Below, in pieces: positions 27,084 to 37,989 of a DNA stretch of 38,908 bases (its first letter is position 1; every line of letters begins with the position of its first letter). The notes under the pieces are model-generated. The model was not told where the DNA came from and did no database searches. It saw only the letters and a program-made list of their open reading frames with translations. The position numbers and the translations under genes are program-made. This stretch comes from Cyanophyceae cyanobacterium (GTDB lineage: Bacteria > Cyanobacteriota > Cyanobacteriia > Cyanobacteriales > Laspinemataceae), in the NCBI GenBank assembly GCA_038321985.1, contig JBBQFN010000046.1, positions 1 through 38,908 on the forward strand, written 5' to 3'.

Positions 27084-29171
27084 ATGGAACAGATAATAAA
27101 GCTACTTCCCCAAGGTCCAATCGTAGAATTTACCCTTTTGCTATTGGTCATCTTGATCGTGCCTCCGATCTTCGAGAAGCTGCGACTACCCGGATTAATC
27201 GGCTTGTTAGTCGCTGGAGTGATTTTAGGTCCGGATGGGGCTAAACTGCTCAATCCCAGTACCGATACCGTCAAACTGCTTTCGGACATCGGCAAAATTT
27301 ATCTGATGTTCGTTGCCGGTTTAGAAATCGACATCCAACAGTTCCGCAAAACTAAAAATCGCTCCCTCGGATTTGGCGCTGCCACGTTTTTAGTGCCATT
27401 AATTTTCGGGACGATTATTGGACGAAGTTTTGGGTTTGATTGGAATCCGTCTATTTTGATTGGTTCCCTCCTCGCCTCTCATACCCTCCTAGGCTATCCC
27501 ATCGTTAACCGATTGGGAATCGTTGGAAATGAGGCAATTACCGTGACAATTGGGGCGACTATTTTTACCGATATTGCTGCCTTATTAGTGTTAGCAATTT
27601 GCGTGTCTTTCAATGCTGGAGAATTCACTGCCTTTTCCTTATTCCTCCAGTTAGCATTACTAGGACTTTATTCAACCGGCGTGTTGTTTGGGATTGATTG
27701 GGCCGGAAAAGAATATTTTCGGCGGACTGGAGATGAAGAAGGCAATCAGTTTTTATTCGTTCTGCTTGCCCTTTTTCTCGCGGCAGTCGGCGCTCAATTG
27801 ATTAATGTGGAGCAAATTGTCGGGGCTTTTCTCGCCGGACTCGCGGTTAATGATGTAGTGGGAAATGGTCCGGTTAAAGAAAAAGTAGAATTTGTCGGAA
27901 GTGTTTTATTTATCCCCTTTTTCTTTATAGGGATGGGTTTGTTACTCGATATCAATGGATTTATCGAAACCCTAACCACCTCCCTAGGATTAACCTTGGC
28001 GATTGTTTTTGGGTTACTGGTTAGCAAATTCCTTGCTGCTTTGATAGCGAAACTTTTGTATGGATATCAATGGATTGAGGCCCTAACCATGTGGTCACTA
28101 TCAGTGCCGCAAGTGGCTGCAACCTTAGCCGCAGCCCTCGTCGGGGTTCAACAGGGAGTGATTACCTCAGAAGTCTTTAACGCCGTGATTGTGTTGATGT
28201 TAGTCACGTCAGTTTTAGGACCCGTGATGACGGCACGGTTTGCCAGCAGACTCCCGGTTCCCAAGGCGCAGTTAGACGGGGACAATATGTCGATCTGGTG
28301 GGAAACTCAAGGAGTAGAAATCGGGAGAGATCCCACCCTCGAAAAATCCGCCGATCTGTTTACCGTGGTCGTGCCAATTTCTAATCCTCTCACCCAAAAA
28401 TATTTAATTCAAATGGCGGCGCTTTTAGCCCGTCATGAGTCCGGACAAATTGTACCGCTTTCTATAACACTCGCTCGTGTTCATATGGATGAACCCCACC
28501 TCGATGTCGCCCTCAGCGAGAGTAACCGATACCTCGATCGCGCGGTTCAAATGTTACAGGAATTTGAAGTAAAAGCGAAACCTCAGCTTCGCATTGATGA
28601 TGATGTTTCCCATGCTATTAGCCGAACTGCAAGGGAATGTGAAGCCAATTTAATTGTGATGGGATGGAGTCCGAAATTAGGCTTTCGCTCACGGTTATTT
28701 GGGAACCTGATTAATGATGTTTTTTGGTCTTCTCACTGTCCCGTTGCTGTGATGCGGTTGATCGATGAACCCATTAATATTCATCGTTTATTAGTGCCGG
28801 TGAAAAATTTATCTCCCCAAACCTTGCGAACCGTCCGATTTGCTCAGTTGTTTGCGGATGCTAATTCCGGAGAAATTACTTTATTGCACGTTTGCGATCG
28901 CCGAACTCCTTTAGAACAAATTCAGCGGTTTGAATCAGACATGGCAAAATTGGTCAAGCGAGATAATTCTTCAGTAAAAATCGGCATTACCACAATTCCC
29001 GATGAGGATGTGGTCAAAGTTATTATGAAAGCAGCCCAATCGGTGGATTTAGTCATCCTGCGATCAATTCGCCGCCGTACTGCCGGGGGTTTAGCTATTA
29101 GCAATGTCACCACTAAGGTGATTGAAGAGTTGAAATGTTCCCTAATTTTGTTTGGCGAACCTCACTCTTAG
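27084..29171 (+). CDS. Cation/proton antiporter (CPA2) with C-terminal universal-stress-like domains
   Basis: LPGLIGLLVAGVILGP, LMFVAGLEID, ATIFTDI, IVGAFLAGL, FIPFFF; USP-like C-terminus. Confidence 0.9.
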   Translation: MEQIIKLLPQGPIVEFTLLLLVILIVPPIFEKLRLPGLIGLLVAGVILGPDGAKLLNPSTDTVKLLSDIGKIYLMFVAGLEIDIQQFRKTKNRSLGFGAATFLVPLIFGTIIGRSFGFDWNPSILIGSLLASHTLLGYPIVNRLGIVGNEAITVTIGATIFTDIAALLVLAICVSFNAGEFTAFSLFLQLALLGLYSTGVLFGIDWAGKEYFRRTGDEEGNQFLFVLLALFLAAVGAQLINVEQIVGAFLAGLAVNDVVGNGPVKEKVEFVGSVLFIPFFFIGMGLLLDINGFIETLTTSLGLTLAIVFGLLVSKFLAALIAKLLYGYQWIEALTMWSLSVPQVAATLAAALVGVQQGVITSEVFNAVIVLMLVTSVLGPVMTARFASRLPVPKAQLDGDNMSIWWETQGVEIGRDPTLEKSADLFTVVVPISNPLTQKYLIQMAALLARHESGQIVPLSITLARVHMDEPHLDVALSESNRYLDRAVQMLQEFEVKAKPQLRIDDDVSHAISRTARECEANLIVMGWSPKLGFRSRLFGNLINDVFWSSHCPVAVMRLIDEPINIHRLLVPVKNLSPQTLRTVRFAQLFADANSGEITLLHVCDRRTPLEQIQRFESDMAKLVKRDNSSVKIGITTIPDEDVVKVIMKAAQSVDLVILRSIRRRTAGGLAISNVTTKVIEELKCSLILFGEPHS

Positions 29172-29235
29172 CAACCATTCCCCGATCAGGCAGGGTGATA
29201 AACGAGGGTTCAAAACCCCCTATTTTGAGCTTTAA

Positions 29236-30294
29236 CTAAACCACCTGTTGACTTTGAAATTGATGCAATAAATCCGGGGTCACGGCCCCATGTTCAGTGA
29301 TAATGGCGGTAATTAATTCCGCCGGAGTGACATCAAAAGCAGGATTGTAAAATTCCACACCACCGGGATAAATTCGGGTTGTGCCAATTTGATAAACTTC
29401 TTCTGCATCTCGAACTTCAATAGGAATTGTGCTGCCTTCAACTAAGGTAAAATCAATCGTAGATAAAGGGGCTGCTACAAAAAAGGGAATGTTATGTGCT
29501 TTGGCAACGATCGCTAAATTATAAGTGCCGATTTTGTTGGCTGTATCTCCATTGGCAGCAATGCGATCGGCACCGACAACCACGACATCAATTAACCCCT
29601 GTTTCATGCAATGTGCTGCCATATTATCCGCGATCGCCGTGACGGGAATTCCCTCTTGTACACATTCCCAAGTTGTCAGTTTTGCACCCTGTAAACGGGG
29701 ACGGGTTTCATCAGCATAGACTCGTTCTAAGCGATCGCATTTCCACGCTGATCTCACCACCCCTAATGCGGTCCCATATCCTGCCGTTGCCAAGGCACCC
29801 GCATTACAATGGGTCAGAATTCGTAGCTTTTGCGGGGTACTGGGTAATATCTCCAAACCGCGATCGCCGATCGCCTGACAGGTTTTTAAATCTGACCCTT
29901 GAATCTCCTGTGCCGTTTCCAGCAAGATTTTCTTGAGATAGCTGACTGGTCCTAACGTCTGTCTTGCCACGGTTTGCATCCGGGCGATCGCCCAAAACAA
30001 ATTAACTGCCGTCGGACGAGTCTGGCGTAACGTTTCCGCCACTGTTTCTAGGCGGATCAAAAACTCCCCCCGTTCCTCCGTCTGGATTTCTCTGGCCCCT
30101 AAATACATCCCGTATGCCGCCGCCACCCCAATAGCCGGTGCACCGCGAACAATCATCGTTTGAATCGCCCGCGCCATATCCTCATAGCAGCGAATTTCTA
30201 CTACTGCATACTCCGTTGGTAGTAGGGTTTGGTCAATCAGCACCACATGGTCTTCTTTCCACAAAACGGGATAAATAGGAGGATTTCCAGACAT
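29236..30294 (-). CDS. mtnA: S-methyl-5-thioribose-1-phosphate isomerase
   Basis: [63 protein letters not shown]. Confidence 0.96.
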   Translation of the reverse strand: MSGNPPIYPVLWKEDHVVLIDQTLLPTEYAVVEIRCYEDMARAIQTMIVRGAPAIGVAAAYGMYLGAREIQTEERGEFLIRLETVAETLRQTRPTAVNLFWAIARMQTVARQTLGPVSYLKKILLETAQEIQGSDLKTCQAIGDRGLEILPSTPQKLRILTHCNAGALATAGYGTALGVVRSAWKCDRLERVYADETRPRLQGAKLTTWECVQEGIPVTAIADNMAAHCMKQGLIDVVVVGADRIAANGDTANKIGTYNLAIVAKAHNIPFFVAAPLSTIDFTLVEGSTIPIEVRDAEEVYQIGTTRIYPGGVEFYNPAFDVTPAELITAIITEHGAVTPDLLHQFQSQQVV

Positions 30295-30326
30295 AATCAA
30301 TCCGGTGAAAACTAAGTGAATCAGCT

Positions 30327-31565
30327 CTAGCTTATTGTACTAGATAGGCCCAATTTTTGCCGAATTTCTTGCCAAAATCCAGTCAGTTTACGCCGGAGGA
30401 TGCGCCGGGCCCCTTTTGTAATCTTTTCAAATCGGTAGTAGAATAAAAGGTCTATCACCTCCGAGAGTTCCAGCGTTCCTAAATAGGCTAACCCTTTATC
30501 AATTGTGCGATCGCTGTATTGGAGATAAACCCTTTTTGCCGCCGCCTCAGAAAAATCCCAGGACCGTTTAAATCGCTGGTGAAGGTGGCGTTGATAGTCC
30601 GAGAAATCCCCCCGGCGATCGCCTAGATAATCCTGGATATAATCCCCTGCAATTTGTGCATTCTCCATCCCATGCCGAATTCCTTCTCCCCCCAAATAAT
30701 TCACCGCCGAGACTGCATCCCCAATTGCGATTAGGTTATCCCGATAATAAATATCTTGGAGTCCGCTACTGTATTGCAGAATCGAACCATGTGTATCTAA
30801 TCGCTGATAATAATTAATTTGGAGATACTCTTTAATCAGCAACTCGATAGAGTGTTTAATCGCCGGATAGTTGTCTTTCAAAATGTGATGTTGACCCTGA
30901 TAACGAGCCGCCCCTACTTTTAGAATATTTTGTTCCATGGGAAAAATCCAGGAATACCCTTGAGGCATCCATCGATTCCCTAAAAAAAACATCAGAGACT
31001 CGGCACAGGATTGGTAGGTAGACTCATCGACTTCAATTAAATATTCGATGCCAATTCCGTTAAAAAAAGTAGGGCGGTTTTGGCGATTAGGATAAATCAG
31101 CGATCGCGCTGCACCTGTGGCATCAACTAACACCCGAGTCCGAACGGCGACTGCCTCTTTACCCTGGGGTTTAAGTGTCACCACCGTTTCTCCATTCTCC
31201 GAAGCGTGATGAAGGTATCGATGACCTAACCAAACTTCCCCGCCCTTTTTAACCACTTCCCCGGCCAAAAATTCTCGCAGTTTGGCAAAATTTAACACCG
31301 CACCTAAAGGAGTGGCAGACTCCCATCGTTTCCGAACATTCGTACTCACAATCACGAGATTATTCCAAAAGCTGCCCACCAGGGATTCTGGTAACTCAAA
31401 TTTAGCCAAAGTTTCCATTGGAGTTGCGGCACTAGAAAAATTATTTGCCCCAAAGGTTTCATGTTGTTCTACCAGTAAAACTTTGACTCCAGAACGGGCC
31501 AATTGTCTCGCACAATGACCGCCCGCCGGACCCGCCCCTACAATAACTACATCAAAATTTTTCAT
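30327..31565 (-). CDS. FAD-dependent oxidoreductase, geranylgeranyl-reductase family
   Basis: [11 protein letters not shown]ossmann motif, VDATG, GYSWIFP, IGDA...GEGI; ATG 31565. Confidence 0.85.
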   Translation of the reverse strand: MKNFDVVIVGAGPAGGHCARQLARSGVKVLLVEQHETFGANNFSSAATPMETLAKFELPESLVGSFWNNLVIVSTNVRKRWESATPLGAVLNFAKLREFLAGEVVKKGGEVWLGHRYLHHASENGETVVTLKPQGKEAVAVRTRVLVDATGAARSLIYPNRQNRPTFFNGIGIEYLIEVDESTYQSCAESLMFFLGNRWMPQGYSWIFPMEQNILKVGAARYQGQHHILKDNYPAIKHSIELLIKEYLQINYYQRLDTHGSILQYSSGLQDIYYRDNLIAIGDAVSAVNYLGGEGIRHGMENAQIAGDYIQDYLGDRRGDFSDYQRHLHQRFKRSWDFSEAAAKRVYLQYSDRTIDKGLAYLGTLELSEVIDLLFYYRFEKITKGARRILRRKLTGFWQEIRQKLGLSSTIS

Positions 31566-31611
31566 GATACCCAACGATTTATTCGGCAAATAAGCAGATA
31601 TTAATCGAAAC

Positions 31612-31651
31612 AAAAAGAACGCAGGAAAATTATAATTTCCCTGCGTTCTTT
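31612..31651 (-). terminator. Intrinsic terminator downstream of dxs
   Basis: Minus strand AAAGAACGCAGGGAAAT-TATA-ATTTTCCTGCGTTCTTT, ending in a T run. Confidence 0.75.
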
Positions 31652-31702
31652 ATTCCTGAGTTCTATTAATGATTTTAAAGGGAGAATTACTCAGGCTGTT
31701 AA

Positions 31703-33607
31703 TTAATGAGCAACAGACACAGGGGATTTAAACGTTTGTAAAACGCGATCGGCCATTTGAGAGGGCGTTAAACCCAGTTCAGCAAAAGATTGTTCCGGTT
31801 TAGCATGATCCACAAGCTGATCCGGCACCCCAAAACGCAATAGTGACGCCGGGATATTATTATCCATGAGTGCTTCTGCCACGGCGGACCCAAAACCACC
31901 CATAAGGCAACCTTCTTCCATGGTCACCACTTTACCAATGCGTTGAGCCAGAGGCAAAATTAACTCCGTATCCAAAGGTTTGACAAAGCGGGCATTCACT
32001 ACGGTTGCGGCAATACCATGTTCGTTGAGAATTTCTGCCGTTTGTAAGGCGGGATAGACCATGGAACCATAGCCCAAGATTAACAAATCATCGCCACTGC
32101 GGAGAATTTCACCCTTGCCGATTTCCAGGGGTTCCCATCCTTCTTCCATCAGGGGGACACCGTACCCATTGCCTCGGGGATAGCGCATGGCGATCGCCCC
32201 ATCGCTATAGTCAATTCCCGTAACTAACATCCGTTGCAGTTCTGCCTCATCTTTCGGTGCCATCAGCACCAAATTAGGAACGCAGCGCAGAGACGCGATA
32301 TCATATAACCCTTGGTGAGTCGGCCCATCCGCCCCTACAATTCCGGCGCGATCCAGACAGAAAAACACAGGTAGTTTTTGAATGCAGATATCGTGAATGA
32401 TTTGATCATACGCCCGTTGTAGGAACGTCGAATAAATCGCGCAAACCGGGCGCATACCCTCACAAGCTAAACCCGCTGCCAGAGTAGCGGCGTGTTGTTC
32501 AGCAATCCCGACATCAATATATTGATTGGGGAGTTTAGCTTGGAGTTTATCTAACCCGGTTCCCGTTGCCATTGCTGCCGTAATGCCAACAATTTTTGGA
32601 TTTTCTTCCGCCAGTTTAATCAGAGTTTCAGCAAAAACTTTGGAATAACTGGGGGGTTTGGGTTTATTGGAGGGGATGGCTTTTCCAGTTGCCAGATTAA
32701 AGGGATTTTGGGCATGGTAACCCACTTGGTCTTTTTCGGCGATCGCATAGCCTTTGCCCTTCACCGTGGCGACATGGACCAAAACCGGCCCCTGCATTTG
32801 ATGGGCTTGATTGAACGTGGTGATCAGTTCTTCCAGATTATGCCCATCAATAGGTCCAATATAGGTAAAGCCCAACTCCTCAAACACCGCCCCCACTTTG
32901 GGGACCGCTAACCGCTTCATCCCTTCTTTGATGCGTTGCATTTCTGGGGTGAAGGTTTCGCCCACAAACGGGAGATGTTTGAACTGTTCCTCTAAATTGT
33001 CTTTGAGGAACTGAACCGGGGGACTCAGGCGCATTTTATTCAAATAACGAGGAATGGCCCCCACATTAGGGGAAATCGACATTTCGTTATCATTGAGGAC
33101 CACCATCAAATTGGTGTGAGGCAAATGACCCGCATGGTTAATTGCTTCCAATGCCATGCCGCCGGTAAGTGCACCATCGCCAATCACCGCCACAACTTTG
33201 AAGTTATCCCCTTTCATGTCTCGGGCTAACGCCATGCCTAATCCCGCAGAAATGCTGGTAGAAGCATGACCTGCACCAAAATGGTCAAATTTGCTTTCGC
33301 TGCGCTTGAGATATCCGGCAACGCCGTCTTTTTGCCGCAGGGTGTGGAAGTTGCTATAACGTCCGGTAATCAGTTTATGGGGATAGGCTTGGTGACCGAC
33401 ATCCCAGATTACCTTATCGCGGTCCAGGTCTAAGGTTTGGTACAGGGCAAGGGTGAGTTCCACCACTCCCAACCCGGGACCGAGATGACCGCCATAAGCG
33501 GCAATCGTTTCCAGATGCTTTTCCCGAATTTGTCGAGCAATTTGCTCAAGTTGATGGATGGATAAACCGTGCAACTGGTTTGGGTGAGACAGTTCACTCA
33601 GATGCAT
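31703..33607 (-). CDS. dxs: 1-deoxy-D-xylulose-5-phosphate synthase
   Basis: [33 protein letters not shown]...LNDN TPP-binding motif, IAEQH, GADGPTH. Confidence 0.98.
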   Translation of the reverse strand: MHLSELSHPNQLHGLSIHQLEQIARQIREKHLETIAAYGGHLGPGLGVVELTLALYQTLDLDRDKVIWDVGHQAYPHKLITGRYSNFHTLRQKDGVAGYLKRSESKFDHFGAGHASTSISAGLGMALARDMKGDNFKVVAVIGDGALTGGMALEAINHAGHLPHTNLMVVLNDNEMSISPNVGAIPRYLNKMRLSPPVQFLKDNLEEQFKHLPFVGETFTPEMQRIKEGMKRLAVPKVGAVFEELGFTYIGPIDGHNLEELITTFNQAHQMQGPVLVHVATVKGKGYAIAEKDQVGYHAQNPFNLATGKAIPSNKPKPPSYSKVFAETLIKLAEENPKIVGITAAMATGTGLDKLQAKLPNQYIDVGIAEQHAATLAAGLACEGMRPVCAIYSTFLQRAYDQIIHDICIQKLPVFFCLDRAGIVGADGPTHQGLYDIASLRCVPNLVLMAPKDEAELQRMLVTGIDYSDGAIAMRYPRGNGYGVPLMEEGWEPLEIGKGEILRSGDDLLILGYGSMVYPALQTAEILNEHGIAATVVNARFVKPLDTELILPLAQRIGKVVTMEEGCLMGGFGSAVAEALMDNNIPASLLRFGVPDQLVDHAKPEQSFAELGLTPSQMADRVLQTFKSPVSVAH

Positions 33608-34072
33608 ATTTTTTAATGAATTCTGCGATCGTGCTTACAAAGGAAGTTACACAGGGTCAACCGGGGAGGAGACGGTGGATTGCCGCCTCTATCACCACCA
33701 TTGACAACCTATGGCGTATGCCCCATCGCTGCTTGGACTGCAAGGGGGATTAGCTTCAATAACTGCTACTTAAGGGATTAATAAGTCCCACTTAATTTAC
33801 CACGAGAGGAAAGGATTGGGACATTCCCCTCTTACTCTAGTCCAGGCGCGCCCCTTCGGACCAAAGGGTTTTAAAAAATCTTCCCTCACCCCCGGGTTAA
33901 GGCTGAAAACCCCCCGTTAAGGAAAGGGGACGGCGACTAGAACAAAGCCCAAGGGCGTAAACTACTCTTAAAACGGCTATTGTAAACTTGAATTGCCACT
34001 CGGTTCAACGGCGATAGGACAACTGGCCTTGGTATTATTTAAGCGGCTAGATCCCATGAGGAGTAAGGAGTT

Positions 34073-34468
34073 TTGACAAGGGGAATTGAATATCAAGCAG
34101 CTTGGGTGACGTTAGCGGCTGCAAATTTTGAAGAAATTGTGGAATTTTACGCGCAGGTATTGGCGATCGCCCCGAATCCTTATCGTGAAAAGGTTTATGC
34201 TGAGTTTTCCCGGGCGGGGTTAAAATTGGGTATTTTCAAGCCAAAAGCGGGTCATGAGGCGGAATTTTTACCCCAGGGTTCCGGTAGTCTGAGTTTGTGC
34301 TTCGAGGTGACGGACCTGGACGAGGCGATCGCCCATTTGATCCAGTTAGGATATCCACCCCCCGGGGAAATTACCACCGCGTCTCACGGTAGGGAAATTT
34401 ACGCCTACGATCCCTTAGGCAATCGGTTGATTTTTCACGAAACAGTTAATAACTCCCTAGTAAATTAG
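34073..34468 (+). CDS. VOC/glyoxalase family protein
   Basis: VEFYAQVL, SLCFEVTDLD, HGREIYAYDPLGNRL motifs; AAGGAG RBS before TTG. Confidence 0.85.
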   Translation: MTRGIEYQAAWVTLAAANFEEIVEFYAQVLAIAPNPYREKVYAEFSRAGLKLGIFKPKAGHEAEFLPQGSGSLSLCFEVTDLDEAIAHLIQLGYPPPGEITTASHGREIYAYDPLGNRLIFHETVNNSLVN

Positions 34469-34500
34469 GGCGGTGATTTAATTATTGGGAGGGGGAAATC

Positions 34501-34797
34501 TTATAAATAACCCAGTAAATCCGCAAAGCTAAAAAAGCTCACCACTAATAACAAAATTGCCGTCAATTGAGGGAGTCTAAATGTTGGAGAAGGGGCGATC
34601 GCACCCCGAATTAGACAAGAAACTGACGATCCAACCGCATAACTCAGACTGAGGACCAAATAAGGCCAATTCAGGGTTACTCCCCAAAATCCGAGTGAAA
34701 TGATGGCCCCCGACAGCATCACCAGTTCGATAAACAGGGGGGGATTATTCTGAATATAGTTTGTCCAGCTATCCCACCAAAATTGCCAAAATCTCAT
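34501..34797 (-). CDS. Small membrane protein of unknown function
   Basis: 98 aa, three hydrophobic segments, ATG start. Confidence 0.65.
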   Translation of the reverse strand: MRFWQFWWDSWTNYIQNNPPLFIELVMLSGAIISLGFWGVTLNWPYLVLSLSYAVGSSVSCLIRGAIAPSPTFRLPQLTAILLLVVSFFSFADLLGYL

Positions 34798-34911
34798 TTA
34801 GATTAAAAATTTAAGAGGCTATTTTACATTTTAATCTAAGACCAGCCCCATTCTCCGCCCCCAGGGAATAGAGGATGCCCCTAGGATACCTACCTCAGCG
34901 GAAACCCTGGA

Positions 34912-35568
34912 TTATTGGCCGGATAAATACCCGATCGCCTCTTCCATCTCCACCTGTGGAAAAGCCTCATAAAACCGACTGACACTGATAAACGGATCCG
35001 GCGTTGCCAACACCACCAGGCGATCGCACCACTGCCTCATCTCCTCTACCAAGTCGGGAGGGGCCACCGGCGCACAGATCCAAATTTGGGCGAGAGGGCG
35101 GTGTCGTAAAGCCTGTACTGCTACTGCGATCGTCATCCCCGTAGCAATCCCATCATCTACCACCAGGGCAACGGCCCCAGTCGGATCCACCTGGGGACAA
35201 GCTGACGCCATCCGATTAAACTGGTCTTGTGCTTTTGCTTGTGCCTCTTGCTGCGCACTTTGGCGGACTTGATACCGCAACAACCGTTGTCTCCCCCACA
35301 GGACCTGTCCATCCGCCGTCACCGCACCCAGGGCCAATTCTGGATTTTCCGGGCGCGTAATTTTTTTTGCCACAATAATATCTAGGGGACAACCTAATCG
35401 CTGCGCCAGGGGGGCGGCTATGGGCAATCCCCCTCGCGGCAGGGCATAAACAATCGGTTTAATCCGCTTAAATCCCGGATCGATTTCAGCCAGTTGTCCC
35501 AGAACTGCCTCAGCCAGTTGTTCTCCAGCATCAGCGCGATCGCGAAATAATGGGGCAGGTGTCATCAT
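34912..35568 (-). CDS. Phosphoribosyltransferase (type I)
   Basis: FRDRADAG, ALPRGG, PRPP-binding VVDDGIATG. Confidence 0.9.
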   Translation of the reverse strand: MMTPAPLFRDRADAGEQLAEAVLGQLAEIDPGFKRIKPIVYALPRGGLPIAAPLAQRLGCPLDIIVAKKITRPENPELALGAVTADGQVLWGRQRLLRYQVRQSAQQEAQAKAQDQFNRMASACPQVDPTGAVALVVDDGIATGMTIAVAVQALRHRPLAQIWICAPVAPPDLVEEMRQWCDRLVVLATPDPFISVSRFYEAFPQVEMEEAIGYLSGQ

Positions 35569-35740
35569 CCCCTCCAGCCGGATGGCACTTCAGTTGTCTC
35601 TATGATGGCTGATTTTTTCCTACCCTGATGTCTAATTGAAACCTTTATCCCGTTGATGGATAGCTAAATTAAGTTAGCGGGGACTTTTGAGAGTTTTGTA
35701 AAGAGTCTATGATTTTAAATTAACGAAAGAAGGATGCAGA

Positions 35741-36442
35741 ATGACCGACGAAAACCAGCTTAATCTTTTTGACCTCACCCACTTTGACGCACCCCCCGAT
35801 GCGCCATCATTTAATCCAGAACTGATTCCTACTCGTTCCGATATTCCCATTCCCCCAGGTACTTACACCCAGGTTGATCAACTCACCATCCACTGCAACC
35901 AATGCCACCGATGCGGATTAGGGGCGAATCGGACCCACGCCGTGATCGGACGAGGGAATCCCCAGGCACCGATTATGATGATTGGGGAAGCCCCGGGCCA
36001 AACCGAAGATGAAACAGGATTACCCTTTGTCGGTAAAAGCGGGGAGTTATTAGAAAAAATACTCGCCGCCGTCCAACTTTCTACAGAAAAAGATGTTTAT
36101 ATTTGCAATGTTAATAAATGCCGACCGCCCGGAAATCGCACCCCCACCCCAGAGGAAATAGAAGCCTGTAAACCCTATCTTTTAGAGCAAATTCGTCTCG
36201 TTAATCCAGCGATTATTCTATTAACGGGAGCAACTGCTGTTAAAGGATTGCTCAAGGAAAAACGAGGGATTACTAAAATTCGGGGTCAATGGTTTGACTG
36301 GGAAGGAAAACTCTGTATGCCTATCTTTCATCCCGCCTATTTACTCCGAAATTCCTCCCGAGAAAAAGGCTCACCCAAATGGTTAATGTGGCAAGATATC
36401 CAAACCGTGAATGCCAAATTAGAAGAACTCGGACTGAAATAG
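35741..36442 (+). CDS. udg: Uracil-DNA glycosylase, family 4 (Fe-S)
   Basis: CxxC, GEAPG..ED..GLPFVG, NVNKCRPPGNR, HPAYLLR. Confidence 0.92.
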   Translation: MTDENQLNLFDLTHFDAPPDAPSFNPELIPTRSDIPIPPGTYTQVDQLTIHCNQCHRCGLGANRTHAVIGRGNPQAPIMMIGEAPGQTEDETGLPFVGKSGELLEKILAAVQLSTEKDVYICNVNKCRPPGNRTPTPEEIEACKPYLLEQIRLVNPAIILLTGATAVKGLLKEKRGITKIRGQWFDWEGKLCMPIFHPAYLLRNSSREKGSPKWLMWQDIQTVNAKLEELGLK

Positions 36443-36498
36443 TTAGGGCACTAAAAAACTAGCCCTGTTAAGGGGTAATGGGTGAGAATCAAGCAATT

Positions 36499-36580
36499 GT
36501 AGCACTACCCACCTTACTCTTGATAGGTGGGCAGCCCTCACCCTACTCTCCTACTGTAAGTGGGCAGTGCCCATCCTACT
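36499..36580. repeat. Cluster of degenerate REP-like GTAGGTGGGCAGTGCCCACCCTAC palindromes
   Basis: Copies at 36523-36547 and 36556-36580, half copy at 36499-36518. Confidence 0.65.
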
Positions 36581-36755
36581 CATACTCCTGGAGGTTTAGG
36601 GCGATCTGCGCTATCTGGCCTGTTCAAATTTCAGTTTTCTGACAAAGTTACCGCAGAAACCGGGTTTCTTTTCGTTCTCAGATTTTTATTATTTATTTCC
36701 TACAATTACCTTATGATCACTTCTGACCCACAATACTCACAATCACAAATTGTCT

Positions 36756-37025
36756 ATGAAATCTAAAGCTGTTGCGCTATTTCTCAGCCTTGGCCTAGCG
36801 ACAACCGTCGCTGCCTGTTCCCCAGATACTCAGACCGAAGGAGAACAAACTCCCCCAGCTTCCACTACTCAAGATGAGGGAGAAGAGGGCGGGACCCCCA
36901 CAACACCGGGTTCTACCAATCCTCAAGGAGAGGGTGAAGCTGGCGAAGATGACCAAAATGACCAAGCTGGCGAAGATGGGGAAGAGGACCAAAATGACCA
37001 AGCTGGCGAAGGTGGCGAATCTTAG
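36756..37025 (+). CDS. Small acidic Gly/Glu/Asp-rich lipoprotein
   Basis: Signal peptide with lipobox VAAC; low-complexity acidic body with duplicated DQNDQAGE. Confidence 0.75.
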   Translation: MKSKAVALFLSLGLATTVAACSPDTQTEGEQTPPASTTQDEGEEGGTPTTPGSTNPQGEGEAGEDDQNDQAGEDGEEDQNDQAGEGGES

Positions 37026-37235
37026 GGCATTGCCACGGTTATTTCGTTTCGTGATAACTTGTCGCAACGATTGAACCCTCTTAACCATCGTTTGATGATA
37101 ACGGTGGGATTTGATTTGGGGTTTTCCTAGTCTTGAATCTGATATCAGGGCTAGGGGATACCTCTGCATATTTTAAAATCATTGTTTCCTAGGAAATCAT
37201 CAATCTTTATTTGAGCTAAATTTTGTATTAATTTC

Positions 37236-37907
37236 ATGATTTTATGTATCGATCAAGTTCTCAATACAGAACAGTTAGAGGAGATTCATTGCCTTTTGAA
37301 AGAGGCTGAATTTGTGGATGGTAAACTCACGGCTGGGAGGTATGCAAAAACCGTTAAAAATAACTATCAATTGAAAGGAGATACGGAGGTCGCCCAAAAG
37401 GTGAGGGAAGTTGTGCATAATGCGATCGCCCAAAATCCCCTATTTAAAGCGGCCGTTCGTCCTAAAACAATTCGGCCCATTGTTTTTAGTCGTTATGAAC
37501 CGGGAATGTCTTATGGGTGGCATACCGATAATGCAATTATGGGTGAGCGAGAATTGGTGCGATCAGATGTGTCCCTAACCCTATTTCTCAGTGAACCAGA
37601 TACCTATCAAGGCGGTGAATTAGTCATCGATACTACTCTCGAAGAGAAATTATTCAAATTGGCGGCTGGGTCAATGATTGTTTATCCTTCTACTTTTCTG
37701 CATGAAGTTACCGAAGTAACCCAGGGAATTCGTCTTGCTGCGGTGACTTGGGTTCAGAGTCTAGTTCGTGATGTTCAGCAACGCGAAATTCTGTTTGAAC
37801 TGGACACTGTTCGCCGGTCAATATTTGAGCAACATGGCAAAACCGTAGAATTTGATTTACTCTGCAAAACCCACGCCAATTTACTGCGGCAATGGGTCGA
37901 GTTTTAA
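37236..37907 (+). CDS. piuC: PKHD-type Fe(II)/2-oxoglutarate-dependent hydroxylase (PiuC/YbiX family)
   Basis: FVDGKLTAG, YGWHTD (HxD), SLTLFLS, GGELV, LHEV, R..AVTWVQS, NLLRQW. Confidence 0.88.
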   Translation: MILCIDQVLNTEQLEEIHCLLKEAEFVDGKLTAGRYAKTVKNNYQLKGDTEVAQKVREVVHNAIAQNPLFKAAVRPKTIRPIVFSRYEPGMSYGWHTDNAIMGERELVRSDVSLTLFLSEPDTYQGGELVIDTTLEEKLFKLAAGSMIVYPSTFLHEVTEVTQGIRLAAVTWVQSLVRDVQQREILFELDTVRRSIFEQHGKTVEFDLLCKTHANLLRQWVEF

Positions 37908-37989
37908 CCCAAACTATCCAACTTTATAGCCAGTCATAGAGAATGGGAGGCACTGTCAAGTCCCATTAGGTTTTCTATAACCTGAGAAA

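Noticed and set aside
33608..34072. Riboswitch (e.g. TPP) or RpaB/HLR1 site upstream of dxs
   Set aside because: Only a small hairpin near 33670-33690; no TPP aptamer consensus seen, and the TTACA repeats are 12 rather than 10 bp apart
37051..37066. Fur box upstream of the hydroxylase
   Set aside because: TGATAACTTGTCGCA matches only one half of the consensus and is equally explained as an RNA hairpin
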